DNA of 64,000 nt from Mesotaenium endlicherianum (taxonomy: Eukaryota): assembly GCA_009602735.1 (NCBI GenBank), contig WELA01001020.1, positions 57,392 through 121,391 of the forward strand, written 5' to 3'. Positions 51,004 through 64,000 of the stretch are shown here, piece by piece. The notes beneath the pieces were generated by a model that searched no databases, was not told where the DNA came from, and saw only the letters and a program-made list of their open reading frames with translations. Every line of letters starts with the position of its first letter. The first letter of the stretch is position 1. Both the position numbers and the translations under genes were made by a program.

Positions 51004-52187
51004 GACAACTTTTTGGGGCATGAAAGTGCACGATGGCCCTTTTCCTTGCAATAAAAGCATAGTCCAGCCGTCATGAGAGCTTCTTTTTCAGCCGGGGAGA
51101 GTCTTGCTTTCACTCCTTGCTGGTTTCTTGCATCATAAGTGTCATTGGAGGGTCTTCCACTCTTCCGGGCAGCCGCGGGGTCCCTTTTAATAACTCCGAT
51201 TTCCATGGGTGTGGGTCCAGATTCGGATGTGGAAGGGGCTGCGTACACCCGCGTCGCCGGTACCCGTGAAGATGAAGGCACGGAGTGCTTGAAATCCAAG
51301 GTATCCACCTTTTGGGCCACTTCAATGATCCTTGAGAAGACCGTCATGTCGCGTAATTTCACTTCCTTTGCCACCTTGGGCTTGAGGCCAAAGATGTAGC
51401 GGTCACTCTTCTCCTCAAGAGACATGTTGGGGATCTCAAGAGTGAGGGCGTGAAATCTGGATGTATACTCTTGAACGGACGTCGTTTGCTTGAGATGGTG
51501 GAGCTTTCCTCGGGCAATCTCCTCCGCATCGATGGGCATGAATTGCTTCTTGAGGGCCTCACGAAAATCTGCCCATCTTGCATATGATGGTGGGGGCTCT
51601 TGGCCGAGCATGGGGTGCGCCATAGCTTGATATATAGCCGCTTGATAGTTACGCCACCATGATGTTGCTGCTCCTCTAAGTAAGGTAACGGCAAAGGGAA
51701 CGTAGTCCTCCTCGGGTACTTCAAGGAACGCGAGGTACGTCTCCACTTGGTAGAGCCATAAATTCAGGTTGGCACCTTTCCCCGGGTTAAAAGTGTCGGG
51801 TTTGCCGGGCTTGATGAGTTTCCTTGCTCTCGTTGGCTCTTGTGGAGGCGCTTGAGCCGGGGCTGGATTTTGAGCATTGCTCGCAAAAGGGGCAACCATG
51901 GCAGTCATAGCTTCTCTTGACGCTTGCACGGTTGCTTCATAGGTGGCCAAGCCCACTTGGTTGTGGACGGTCATTAGGAAGGCTGCCCACTCATTTGCGG
52001 GAACTCCTTGTGGTGGGGTCAACTTTGCTATAGCGGCTGCCACGGGATTTGACGGTGCTCCTCCTTGTGGTGCTTCTTGTTGTTGGAGATTTCCTTGAGT
52101 AGGCTCTCCCATCGACGCTGGAGGAGGGTGTGCTCCTCCTTGTGGTGCTTCTTGTTGTTGCAGATTTTCTTGAGTGGGCTCTCCCAT
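50982..52187 (-). CDS. gag: Retrotransposon Gag (401 aa) with CCHC zinc knuckle
   Basis: Open ORF just after the PBS. Retrotrans_gag-like [10 protein letters not shown]...[14 protein letters not shown]...YIFGLKP; zinc knuckle [14 protein letters not shown]. The N-terminus carries a 75-bp tandem duplication ([19 protein letters not shown] twice). Confidence 0.93.
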   Translation of the reverse strand: MGEPTQENLQQQEAPQGGAHPPPASMGEPTQGNLQQQEAPQGGAPSNPVAAAIAKLTPPQGVPANEWAAFLMTVHNQVGLATYEATVQASREAMTAMVAPFASNAQNPAPAQAPPQEPTRARKLIKPGKPDTFNPGKGANLNLWLYQVETYLAFLEVPEEDYVPFAVTLLRGAATSWWRNYQAAIYQAMAHPMLGQEPPPSYARWADFREALKKQFMPIDAEEIARGKLHHLKQTTSVQEYTSRFHALTLEIPNMSLEEKSDRYIFGLKPKVAKEVKLRDMTVFSRIIEVAQKVDTLDFKHSVPSSSRVPATRVYAAPSTSESGPTPMEIGVIKRDPAAARKSGRPSNDTYDARNQQGVKARLSPAEKEALMTAGLCFYCKEKGHRALSCPKKLSKNGQRR

Positions 52188-52282
52188 CGGCGCTGGAGGA
52201 GGGTGTCTTGGAGAGGAAGGGCTTCCTTCGAATGCTTGCTATTGGTCTTGAGGATCGGCCATCTTTTTGTGCTACCAAAGTG

Positions 52283-52298
52283 CCTAGCTCCGATACCA
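52283..52298 (-). other. Primer binding site, initiator tRNA-Met type
   Basis: TGGTATCGGAGCTAGG, 1 nt from the 5' LTR end. One mismatch to the usual TGGTATCAGAGC. Confidence 0.85.
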
Positions 52299-52299
52299 C

Positions 52300-52826
52300 T
52301 GTAGTGAAACAGATAGATGAAGTACTTAGTGAAATATAATACTTTATCTATTCAAGNTAAGACAAGGATCTTTGAACACANNNNNNNNNNNNNNNNNNNN
52401 NNNNNNNNNNNNNNNNNNNNNNNNNNNNNNNNNNNNNNNNNNNNNNNNNNNNNNTTTGGCAAGTACAAGAGTGATTCTCGAATGTCTTTCTATGTTCCAG
52501 CTCTTGTTTATATACTTGCTAAATAAGTAATTTCTAGGAAGGTGTATGTTGATGTGTTGGCACCCAACACATCCCAAAACTTGCCATCTCTTTCTAGAAT
52601 AATGTACACATGTCCTTTTGACCTAAAAATGGCACATTTGACTTTTGCCACGTGGAGTTCTTCTAGGTCTTTCCTCTAACTTCGAAAATGCCTGAGAAGG
52701 TTCAAAGGACATGAACCAAGTCACTAGAGTACCTATTCACACTTGAATCCTCACAATACTACTCCAAATATATTTGAAAACATTAAAATATATGCAAACT
52801 AATATATAATAACTCAAATCACTACA
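52300..52826 (-). repeat. 5' LTR (contains an N gap)
   Basis: Direct repeat of 46889-47391 with scattered substitutions, followed by an extra CTACA. Confidence 0.95.
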
Positions 52827-53855
52827 CTACAGTCGCGGATTCGATTAGCCAATGTTCTACAGGCAAAGTTAACTCCTGCGTAGGCAATACCATTGCATTG
52901 TCGTTGAACAGTAACTCATACCATGTACATACGCTGGTATGTTATGGAATTTGACATTAAAAAACGATTGACTTTGGCATTCAGAAACAAGGCCAATTTT
53001 CTATACGATTCCACTAGGAGAATACCTGAGTTTAAGATGAAGTGTTGTTTCACGAACTGCTTATTTAGCTTGCTTATGTATAAGTTTACTGCTTTCATGT
53101 TTACTTGCATAGGACAATCAAATATTGTTTGCGCCAGACATGCTGTATGAAGATATTTCTTCAATATTTGTTTGGCCTATTGCTTTCACTGAATCTGCCT
53201 CTAACAAAGATTTCAATAGGCAACTGATTTTGTGAGGATTGCACCATGCTCGTATGCGACGAAGGCAACAGCTCGCTAGTCCATTGCTAAGAGTTTGGGG
53301 GAGATTAAGAATATAACAACATTTACTCCCGTCTCCTTTCATTGTATGTAAATTGAAATCCTTGAGTATGGCTAAGACATTACTTTTATTATTGCAGCAA
53401 AGGCTGCCAAGGGACTCCTATAATTTGTACTTCTATAGCTTACAAACACACGACCTCTTTATGCACGACATTTGTTATCATTTATTAGCTCGTAGACACA
53501 ACAATCAAAGTCAACCTTTAAGAGCATGAAATCGGCCCTAAGTTGACTCAAAGATTGCCACATTACAATACGGTCAGCATATAGTTCCTTCATTCTTTTG
53601 CAAAACTTCAAGTCATAAAAGTGTGGAATATCAAGTAAGTCTGCAATGCAACAAAAACCGCGATATGTGGGGATATTTGCTTTTTAGTGGAAGGTACCTT
53701 TTGGCCCTTGACGTGACCTTTTGCGTCCACTCAGAATGCACCACGACCCTCCCAAAGGTCCACCTTGGCGTTTTTGTCATGCCTTGCATCATTGATTGCC
53801 ATAAACACTAGATCTACAACCTACGACCCTTAAGAATATTCAAAGCACAAATCAC

Positions 53856-54186
53856 CCTAGTTATGGAATACGTATTTCATAATTACGTGTGAAAAAATAA
53901 AAATACGTGTGTACTACGTTTTTCCAAGATTCTCGAAAAAATTGGCAGGGTTTATAACTTTCAAATTGCTTAGAAACTTTGAGTGCGATTGGTCGCAAAT
54001 GGTAGAGGACTCGTTTTTTTATGATGTGATGGTGGTGAAAGGAAAAAATCATTGTTACATTTTCAAACCGCCAAAGATTCATTTTTACCTCGTCGGGACG
54101 CGTATTTTGCGTATTTTGAAAATACGATCAAATACGTGGAGTTTTACGTCATTCTCGGACCAATACGCGTGAATCCCATAACTAGG
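53856..54186. mobile_element. 331-bp hAT-like MITE of a second family
   Basis: TIRs CCTAGTTATGG / CCATAACTAGG. Near-perfect 8-bp TSD CAAATCAC (53848-53855) / CAGATCAC (54187-54194). Multiple subterminal AATACG/CGTATT motifs. Confidence 0.78.
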
Positions 54187-55256
54187 CAGATCACCATGAT
54201 AAATCTTGACCAAAGTAGCTCAAACTTGATGAGTAGGTCATCAATGGTTGTGGCAAGCTTCCTACCCTTACATAATTTCATTCAAGGCAACATATGGCAC
54301 GCATTGGGTAAGGTAAGACTCGCCGGTCATAGCATTTACCATAAATAGGTATTTAGCTTGTGAATGGCTTGAGCATTAGCTAGCCTATTAGGACACTTGC
54401 ATCTTTGACTCATATGTGTGTGTGTGCAAGTACTCTAGAATGTGGCTACATAGTGTATCTACGCTCAAGTTCAATACAAATCATGTCTTGTCATCAACTT
54501 TTTAGCAACTCTTTCAAAATGTAAAATTGGAAAATCAAATACTGAGCTTGTAGGGCCGACGGGGCTTGAGCAAGCCACTACACATTGAAACTAGCTTGCA
54601 AGCATGCTCTTGCATAAGTTTCCACAACACCTCTTGTAAAGAGCTATCTTGGCAAACTTAAACTAAAAAAGGGATGAAAAATTTCAAATGCATGAGCATT
54701 GTCCGATATCCAAACGCAAGGTATGAACTTGTCCGACTATGTGGCAAGTAAACAGCAAACAGAGTACATGGTGTGATGCTCAGTGAAAGATAATATTTAT
54801 TTACCTATTTCAACGACACGTCATCAAAACGAGCCTCCTCATCCGCAATCGTATGAGCGACACAAGACTAGTAATTCAGGCAATAATGTTGATGTCAATT
54901 GGTATTAACTTGGAAGCAATAAAGGCGGGGTTCAACCCTAAATATGTTGTTCAACCGCCTACCGTAGGCATCTAGCCTCTCCAAATCCTGGCAAGGCCTC
55001 CAAAGGCATACTTGTAAGTTACTGAAGCTCGTAGTCAAATGGACAGAGAGTGAACGAGCGCAACAAGCAAGCCAAGGCCTAAAGCTGTTACTAATGAAAA
55101 TGCTAAGCTTTTACCTCGTCATTAAACTATGCGACGTCAAGTGTACTAGTTAGTGAGTGCAAAGGAAACCTTTTTGTTGCCAGTCACAAAGGGGAGTACA
55201 AAAAGTCGAAACACGCCCCGTCGGCGTGCATTTCCGTTCGTTAGCGCACTCCCTGC

Positions 55257-58200
55257 TCATCTAGGGCTTGCGGGGCGAAACTCCTTCGACTGTCGTTGTC
55301 GCTTGGCGATGTTGCTGAAGCCAGAGCTGATGCCGTGAGTCAGAGTGGCCAAGTTGGCGACAGTGCGGAATCTGGGGCTGCGCATGGGAGATGCGGGTGG
55401 AAACTGGTCCGTTGGATGTATTGGCCCCGAGCTCGAGCTCACAGGGCTCGGGAGGCCGTCCGTGCGGCCGGGCTCCTGCACGTGCGCCGCTTCGGCAGCG
55501 CCTGCAACTGCGCCTGGCTGCACCCTCCCCTCGGCCTTGGCCTGCTTGAGCTCTTTCTCCTTCACTGTCACTGCGTCCTGCTCGGCTCGCGTGTATTTGT
55601 GATACTTCATCTGCAAGTTCGGCACCCAAATCACCCCCTCCCCCCCACCAACCCCCCGCTTCCCTCGCTCGTACCACAAGAACACGAGGGACAGAACATG
55701 ACAAAATAAGCGGAGGCTGCACACTGCGTGGAGGAAGGCAACAGACACAGAGCTCCTCAAGCTGTGCTAGGTGTGCACTCGGGAGCGCAAAGCGGGGCAC
55801 TCTCAGGACTCCATGACATCTCTTCAGAGGCTGCCACCGCTCCGAGCCTATGGGGAGCTTTCCCTCCGCCCATCTCTGAAGACCACCCACCAAAAGTGCG
55901 CTCTGAGACTGACAGGGCCAACAGCGCAGCAGTGTGCATGCACGCTCAGCACGCCGCTTGTATCAGCGAAACTTAACAGGCCAGGGGGAAGGCGACATGC
56001 ACGCACCCGGATGGTAAGAGTGCCGTGCTTGGTCTGGTCAGAGCCGTTGGAGCTGGCCTCCTTCAGCCCCATGTGCAGGGGCAGCGTCTCCTCCACCTCC
56101 TGCTCCGGCGTGAGGCGCGAGAGAGGATACGCCACCACTCCCAGCAACTCATTCTTCATGATGTCCTGGTCCTGCACCTGCTCACATTCACTCACACCCC
56201 ACACAGGGGGGCCAGAGTTGGCAGCTCCTTCGCACGGACGGAGTCTTCCCCAAACAAAACGCCTCTTGCTATTGTCGTGCAGCACCTAGGCTGTTGCGCC
56301 TCCCTCTTATATAAGGCTTCGCGGCCTAGGGCGTGTACAGTCGATAAACAACGAGATGCACTGACGTGATGACGACCTGAGCAACGGGCGCGTGGGCGAG
56401 AGGGCACACGCACACACATCCACGTCATGCACATACATGCATGCGCACGCACTCGAGCCGGGGGCGCGCGCACACACACGCGCGCGTGCGGACCTTGAGG
56501 ATGAGCTTGGTGGTGAGGGGGTCGTCGACGTCGAGCTTGAACGTCTCGTTCCACGTGGGGTGGAGGCTGTCCTTGATGACGCGCGTCTTCACCTTGAAGA
56601 GGTTGCGCGTCCACAGCGTCACGTACGGGTCCGACTTGCCGATGATGTCCACGTTGCGCAGGCCGCGCGCGCCCACCACCGTGACGCTCACGCAGCCCTG
56701 CAGCCGCATCTCCAGCCCGCTGCAACCCCATGGCACGCGCACGCACACAAGCACCCCCGCACGCGTCCAACACGCACGCGCAAATGCCCATTTCCAGGGT
56801 CAGCCTCCTTCAGTCCTGAGAGTGTCTCCCCCCCCCCTCCTCCCCCCCTTCCCCGCGCNATGTTTTGTTGGAGAGCAGCTGTCTGCAACAACTTGCTGCC
56901 CCCAGTACCTTGGCCACCTTGCATGATATGTTCTCTGGGGCAGATGCTCCTCTCTCTCGCACCCTTCTCTGCTTTAACTTATCCTTCTCATGGGTTGAGA
57001 GAAAAGGGAGATGATGATATGAATGAGTAAACATAAGAATAGGTAGAAAGACAAATAAATGAATAAATTAAACATATATACACATATATATGTGTATATA
57101 TAAGAGAGAAAGAGGGAGGGGGGGGGGGCAAAAAGCGAGGGAGAGAGGAGTCCCGCTGAGTGCATGCGCAGGCCCACGGGCGCACCTGGTATCATAGCCT
57201 TCAATGATGGGGACCACGATGCGCTCCGGCCACACCATGGTGTCCGTCAGCGCACCTTGCACCATCTCCTGCATCCCCTCTCCCCCCCCTCACCCATCCA
57301 CGCCCAACCGCCCAAAGATACACACACACGCACGTACACACACGCCACACACACCCAGACGCAGTGAGCCACCTGTTCTGCACCCCTCCGGTCACCAACA
57401 CAGCAACCACCGCTTGCACAGAAGGCGTGAATTGCGTCGCGGGTCTCACGTCAATCATGCCAGCTAGGCCCGGAATCGCGGTGAGGCTGCCGCCCACTGC
57501 CAGCAGGTTGTACTTCACCACTGGCTTCGGCTGCCACCTCATCACGCACCCCGACGCCCCACCCCCACCCCGGCAGCCCACACCCCCGACCACACACCAG
57601 CGCCCCAAAACATTCATCAGAACGGGCCCCTCAGCTTCTCTGGCAGCCCCGCCCCGCTTTCTGTGCGGGGTCAGGGAGCAGGGCACGCCCCCGCCAGTGC
57701 TGGCCCGTGTTTAAGAACAAAACAAGCGTGCAATAAGAGTGTAATCAACTCTGGAAAATGCCGGCAAACACACCAGCCTTGCCTCTGTCGTTGGTGAGTC
57801 ACGCGAGGGGGTTGGGGGGGGTGCGGGTGGGGGAGCTGACCTCGGCCAGGAGGGAGGTGACGACGGCAGCAATGCAGGGCAGCTCGTCGGACAGCTGGAA
57901 AATGACGCGCACCGTTGTGAAGAGCTCCAGGTTCTTCAGCTGCGCTTCACCCGCCTCCCCATCCCGCCCCACCCGCCGCTCACCACGCACCAACCCGATG
58001 TTACCAGCCTGAATCTTGGACTGCATGCCTGGAGAGGGGGGGGAGGGGAGAGAAAGTGACAAAGGCGACGCTTGGCAATCTGTGGGAGTGTGGGGGCGTG
58101 TGACCCTAGCTCGCTGGGGCTACAGACAGTAAGGACGCTGCTTTCTTCACACACTGCTCCAACAAGCATCCGAGTCAGAGAGGGCAAAAGGCAGAGCTCC

Positions 58201-59886
58201 GGTTGCTGCAGCAGCATGTGTCCATTGCATGTACAGTACTGACTGCACGTTCTTCTTCCCCCCCAGCTTGTCCCAACATTCGTCCCCGGCTACCCCTGCA
58301 GACGCCCTGGCAGATGCCGGGGAAGGAGCAGCTCACTCAGAGGCAGGCACATTAAGCTGGAAGCTAGAAGAGGCCGAGGAGCAGGAGCAGGAGCGGGAGC
58401 AGGAGCAGGAGCAGGAGAAGGTGGAGGCTGGGGAGGGGCAGGAGGAGAGCGAGGAGGAGGTGGAGGCAAAGAAGGAGCAGCACTGGAGCGCATTGGGGGC
58501 CCCAAAGAGAGAGGAGCATTTCTCGAGGAGAGCAGGGTGGGCACCTGCACGCGAAGGCTGAAGGCGAGCGTCTGGATGGCGAGGACGATGCGTGGATCTC
58601 CCCCCCACTTGAAATCGATGTCCAGGATGACCTGCCCCGGGGAGTCTCCAAGCGAGACGCTCACACCTGCTCAATTACCCGCTCCCCGCCCCCTCGCCCC
58701 CCCACAATCAGGATACCCCCCCAAAAGGGAAAGAGAAGGGCCGCTGCTTGTGAGGCATGCTGTGACTGTGAGATGGACCTCTCCGCTCCTGTGCTTGGTT
58801 CCGTGGAGTTTCTTCCTGTGCCTGGCAAAGCTACCACCATATTCTTTCTGCGCATGCCTGACGTAGCTAGGGAGGCGACGACAGGAGAGGCGGGTACTGC
58901 TGGGTCAATGGAGAGTTTGACACGAGTCGTGCTCTGTGGTGCCAGGTGTGACGGTTAGAAGATCGGATATTGGGCACAGGAATGCCCAAGCGCTGGACGG
59001 GGCTATGAGGTGGCAGGAAGGATTGTATGACGGAGCAGAGGGGGGGAGGGGAGCTGACCGTGGTGGCGTGACTAGCCTCTTACCTCCCACCTGGGGCGCC
59101 ACGTCGCCAAGTGTCAGCCTCTGGAACTTGAGGGATGTGATGCCGATGGGCTTGTACTGCTCCAGCATTGGCTCCACCTGCTCCCTGATGACTACTGACG
59201 TGGCCTGGACATACCCACGTGGACCCCCCCAATCCCTTTATCCAGTCAGCTTTGTTCCTTGTCACCTCGGCAAAGAGACACATTGGATGCTGGAATGCAG
59301 AATGACTTCATGACATTGCTAAACTCCCTTCTTCTTAGGCCAAAAGGAATTACCTTATTTACATATGGCCAAATTTCCTTCAGCTGGTTGTTGAGCCACT
59401 TCACCTGCATTCAGAGACACTGGTATCTAAGTTGTGCCAACCTAGCCAGCCATTGCAGGGTCTTTAATACTACTCATTTTGGTTCGTGAGCTATGCATGT
59501 AAATGCTGGCGACGGTGATCCTCCTGATAGTCTGTTAAACAGGTAAGTGCTGAGGGAGGACTGGAACGCGTACTCGTTCAAATCCCTGGAAGTTAATCCA
59601 CGTAGGCGTATTTTCCCCACATATGAGCTTGATTTTCTCCAAGTCTAACCGGCTCAAGGAGGTCACATCAGCAACCTGCATTGTTGGCAGCCACTGTCAG
59701 TAGGGAGTCGTATGTCGTCACAACCAAAAGCATATAACTTTCAGGGAGGGACGCATGGGCTGGTATTGGCAGTAAGTTTACTCTGAACTGCCTTTCACGG
59801 CTGCGGACAGTCATGAAATAACTTAGTAGTCCAACCAGGGCCACCCCCGCCAGCACACCCCATACAAGCGCCGAGAAGAAACTCAT
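55257..59886 (-). CDS. CLB1: Synaptotagmin-like calcium-dependent lipid-binding protein (N-terminal TM, SMP domain, single C2 domain, coiled coil), CLB1/SYT7 type
   Basis: 11 phase-consistent exons: 59886-59782, 59675-59574, 59404-59354, 59204-59084, 58666-58545, 57939-57841, 57530-57450, 57268-57186, 56719-56494, 56177-56007, 55610-55257. Motifs: VKWLNNQLKEIWPY, GITSLKFQRLTLG, KWGGDPRIVL, RVIFQLSDELPCI, AVGGSLTAIPGL, WPERIVVPI, IGKSDPYV, PTWNETF. Confidence 0.94.
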
Positions 59887-62800
59887 TGCGCCTGTCCTCG
59901 ACTGGCAGGCCTCAGGTCTCAACGCTTTGGCACCTTGCCCTCAGAAATGTTACACTTCCCCTTTTTGACAATGCAGGTGCAGCGAAGCAGAAATGAAATG
60001 ATTGGCAAGAGCAAAGGTCATGGTTGACACTTTGTGGATGCACTAGCATTGACAACCAACCTCACCGAGAGAGAAAGTCCCTAGTACTCTTAATAACTGA
60101 CAGGACTGATAGCGAGCTTAGACGACCTTCCCCAGCAATAGCTAACCTCGCATGGGAGACACGACGCAAGCCCAATCTGTTGAAGTTTCGACCAGTTTCG
60201 ACTCGGTTAAATGATTTCTCGCTTTTTGAAACGACGCAAAAAAGCATGGGTTGTTCCACTCCTACATTCTGATTTTTGCACGGAGTACTGTCCCAGAAAG
60301 AAGCAGCTCTATGACGCACCCTATCTGTAGTTGTTCCCAGCCGTGCAATAATACAAAGGCGATTGCAATGCCAAGGTATATCTCAGACTGTGCTCAGTGC
60401 ATATGCATCGGTTGAATGTTGCGAGCGAGCTTTTGATTGCTGTAATAGCTCTAAAGTGATGAATAAGCTAAATTGGATGCACACACGACCTCGTCACGTC
60501 CATACGTTTGGAGCCACCTCTGACTGCTTGGATATTTCAGCTTGCAATCAGAGGAATTGTATCAATATTCAGCACATAGGTGTTGTACACCGTGCCGTAA
60601 ATATTTGCTCACAAGGAGGGACGCACTCACTGTAACGGGTAGTTGACTGAAAACATCCCCGTTGTGTTCAGATTTGCTTCTAGTTCTGAGGACTATGACT
60701 GGCAAGCTTGCATGCACACATGCTTCTCAAACGACGCCTTGTGTGTGCAGTACAATGTTTTAGCATGCTCTGCTGCCATCCGCCAACTTTGTGTGCGTGT
60801 CTTGGTGAGGACACATGTACTCTGTGGGCATATTCCTTTGCAGGCTTACTCTCACAGACCTGTCATTACTGCATTTTGCTGACTTCGATAGCTGAAGTCA
60901 TGCACAATGTGACTTCTCTAGCTGATAAGTAGATACTCTACTCAAACTTCCAATCACTAGTGCAAGCAACCTCTCCGCGTCACACTGTCACCGCTGCTGG
61001 TTATGCAATGTGTGAGTGTACACAAGCACTTTTGCTTGTTTCTGTGATAATGTTCTGCAGTGTAGGCCCTCTACGACAATTCGTCTTGCATTCTGAACCC
61101 TATCCCTTCTCCAAGGCCATTGCTCTCCGAAAGTTTCTGCCCATGGCTTTTCTACATCTTCAACCAGGCTGCTCTTTGTCCTGATCCTGGCCTTTGTCAC
61201 TAATGTACATTAGAAGCTGCAAAAAGTTACGGAGAGGTAGCCATTCAACTTTTTAGCTCCATCTGCCCCATGTCCTAACGGCAGTCAAGCAGCAGCGCTG
61301 AACACAGCCCACACCGCACGTCAACCAAAGTGGGAGAGGAGGGCCCACATGCCAAAGGATGTGGTGGTTGCGGTTGCTTCCGTAACTCCGCATTAGTCCA
61401 CATTTGAAGACTTCTACGTCGATTCTCATCTATTCTGTCCAGAAGACAATAATGATGTATGTGGGGCAGTTGCAGATGACATCCAAGAAATTAGTGTTTG
61501 ATCTTCTCAGGCATTTAGTTATTTATCTTCTGCCTCTGCTGCATCAAACGTGCCAGTCAATGAACGTCTGCTGGTATGTAGTCTAGCATCACTCCTCTTT
61601 CCTCTTACCAAACTTCTTCCATTCCAGATGACACGGATTTTCATGGGCACTGTCCTGCGTTTGTCTTCACTACTTAGTAGACAGCGCACTCCGATTGTAA
61701 TAATGAGTTGCCTGTGGATTCATATGTGCTAGGTGGCACTACACATGCAGGACCTATGCCTTATAGAATCTAATGTTCTTAACCAGTTTCCTCACCTATT
61801 CCTTCACTTTCAGCCAGTACGCATCCTTAGATTACCAGTCTTTAAAATTGTATTTTTTGCTGTGCTGGTCGCAGGCTAAACTCCAGAGTCCGCGTGAATA
61901 TTAACCAGCTGGGAGCAGTAGGATAATGCACCTTGTGACCATCGTAGTGGTTCTTTGCGGACAATCTGCGCATGGACCGGTTGCATAGCAGTGACATCTT
62001 TGACCTTTGTAAGAGAATGTAAAGATTCCGATTATGTTGCACTCAGAAGATAGTCAAGGAGTGGTGCAGTGATGATGCAACATCACTTTATTTAGATGTA
62101 TGCAGGCGACACAAAGCTTCATGCTTTTGTCACTGCTTCTTTCTGTGATAGGTCCAGCCTGGTCTGCAAAATACATTTGACAGAAAAGTTCCAGCCACTA
62201 ATGTCTCGAATGTATCACCAACTATTTGTCGATTTTCAGCTTAAATGAAGACAGTTCTTACTATGGTGGATACTGATACAGAACTTAGCAAGACAAATGC
62301 GAGGCACTACTAAATGATAGAATGAAATACTTTCCAACATATATAACACTCTTAAGAACATAGCGTAAGCAAGACATCCTACACCTGCTGTTCAATGATA
62401 GATGTTCTAGGTATGATGTCACTTGATGACAATATAAGGCTGACCCGCAAGGCACCCATTTATGGTCAGCTTGCCTTCTGAGCCGAAAATAAGAGTTGGT
62501 CAACATATTGGACAAGCGCCTGTAAAGAATCTGTTTCTTATTTCTGAGATTAAGATGCCCTTTCTAGATAGATGACAAAAAATGCCACATGAAAGCAAGA
62601 CCACGGTATATTGGGACACAGATGCATGTATACTTTCCACTGAACGACCTACCTGATGTTTGTTCCTGCCTGCATATCCCCGAGATGGCAGATCTTCCAA
62701 AAGAATATTTGCAAGATGTCCTTGTTGCTGCATTAAATTGGCAACCCCAGCATCATGTAGTTTTGACCCCCCAAGAGCACAGCCAAAGCCGATACAGAGT

Positions 62801-63370
62801 TCGCAATTGGCAAAAAGGCTTGGTCCAACCTGGCAGACCATACCTCCAGTGAGAATGCAAGACAAAAATGGAGCTCCAACAGGAGTTCCTTCTAAACATC
62901 CCCCATGCACATTTCACCATAGAAAAGGTTCACAGCTATTTTTTGCCGCTACCCAATTCCAGGTGACCAAGATGTTCTTTGAAATGACAGCCCACAAGTC
63001 GTGTGGGCACCCTTTACTTCTGAGCAGCATATTACATTGTACAATAAACTTCAACTCCTGCCTCATCTACTTTATTGTTTAGCACAAAAATAGCTTGACT
63101 ATGCTTCGAGTAAATACCATGCCGAAATCATTCACGTCGGATATTCTTATGTTGACCAAGCAGCAACATATGTGACCCCACATGGCTTCTAGATCAGGTA
63201 AGTGCTTGCTGGTTATACCTGTGCTTATCTGGTTTATGAAGCTAATGCCTACTACAGACTGAGAGACAGACGCTACTGGAAACTGGTTTGAAGAAGAAGT
63301 CAACCTTCAAGATGTGGGCAGAAACGAACCTTAGGAAAAGTATGCCATCTCTGAGCTCAGACTGACCACT

Positions 63371-64000
<630 letters not shown>

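Larger units (their letters stand above)
46889..52831 (-). mobile_element. Full-length Ty3/gypsy chromovirus-type LTR retrotransposon, apparently defective
   Basis: Two ~500-bp LTRs with TGTAGTGA...TCACTACA termini. PBS TGGTATCGGAGC next to the 5' LTR and G-rich PPT next to the 3' LTR. Domain order gag, PR-RT-RH-INT-chromodomain. Near-TSD GTTGC (46884-46888) / GTCGC (52832-52836). Confidence 0.97.

Noticed and set aside
62069..62280. Possible C/D box snoRNA (GTGATGA ... CTGA)
   Set aside because: The boxes are too far apart, and I found no terminal stem or recognisable rRNA guide.

Overview
Eukaryotic, intron-rich genomic DNA with several N gaps. Gene content and protein similarity point to a green plant lineage; a streptophyte alga is my inference, not proof. 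I reconstructed six protein-coding genes by hand from splice sites and reading phase. In order: PHYLLO (minus strand; complete isochorismate synthase/MenF module fused to MenD, running off the left edge), a KEA1/2-type plastid K+/H+ antiporter (minus, 20 exons), AP-4 complex epsilon adaptin (plus), a REVEILLE-type SHAQKYF MYB (minus), a CLB1/SYT7-type SMP-C2 protein (minus) and the 3' end of beta-tubulin (minus). Mobile DNA comprises a full-length but damaged chromodomain Ty3/gypsy LTR retrotransposon, with PBS, PPT and a -1 frameshift signal, and three small hAT-like TIR elements from two families. The most unusual signal is intron architecture. Many introns have no polypyrimidine tract; instead they carry C-rich (or CT/AC-repeat) tracts just after the donor and G-rich (or GT-repeat) tracts right before the acceptor AG. 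This suggests splicing assisted by intron-spanning base pairing. All homology calls come from recognising motifs by eye; no searches were run.
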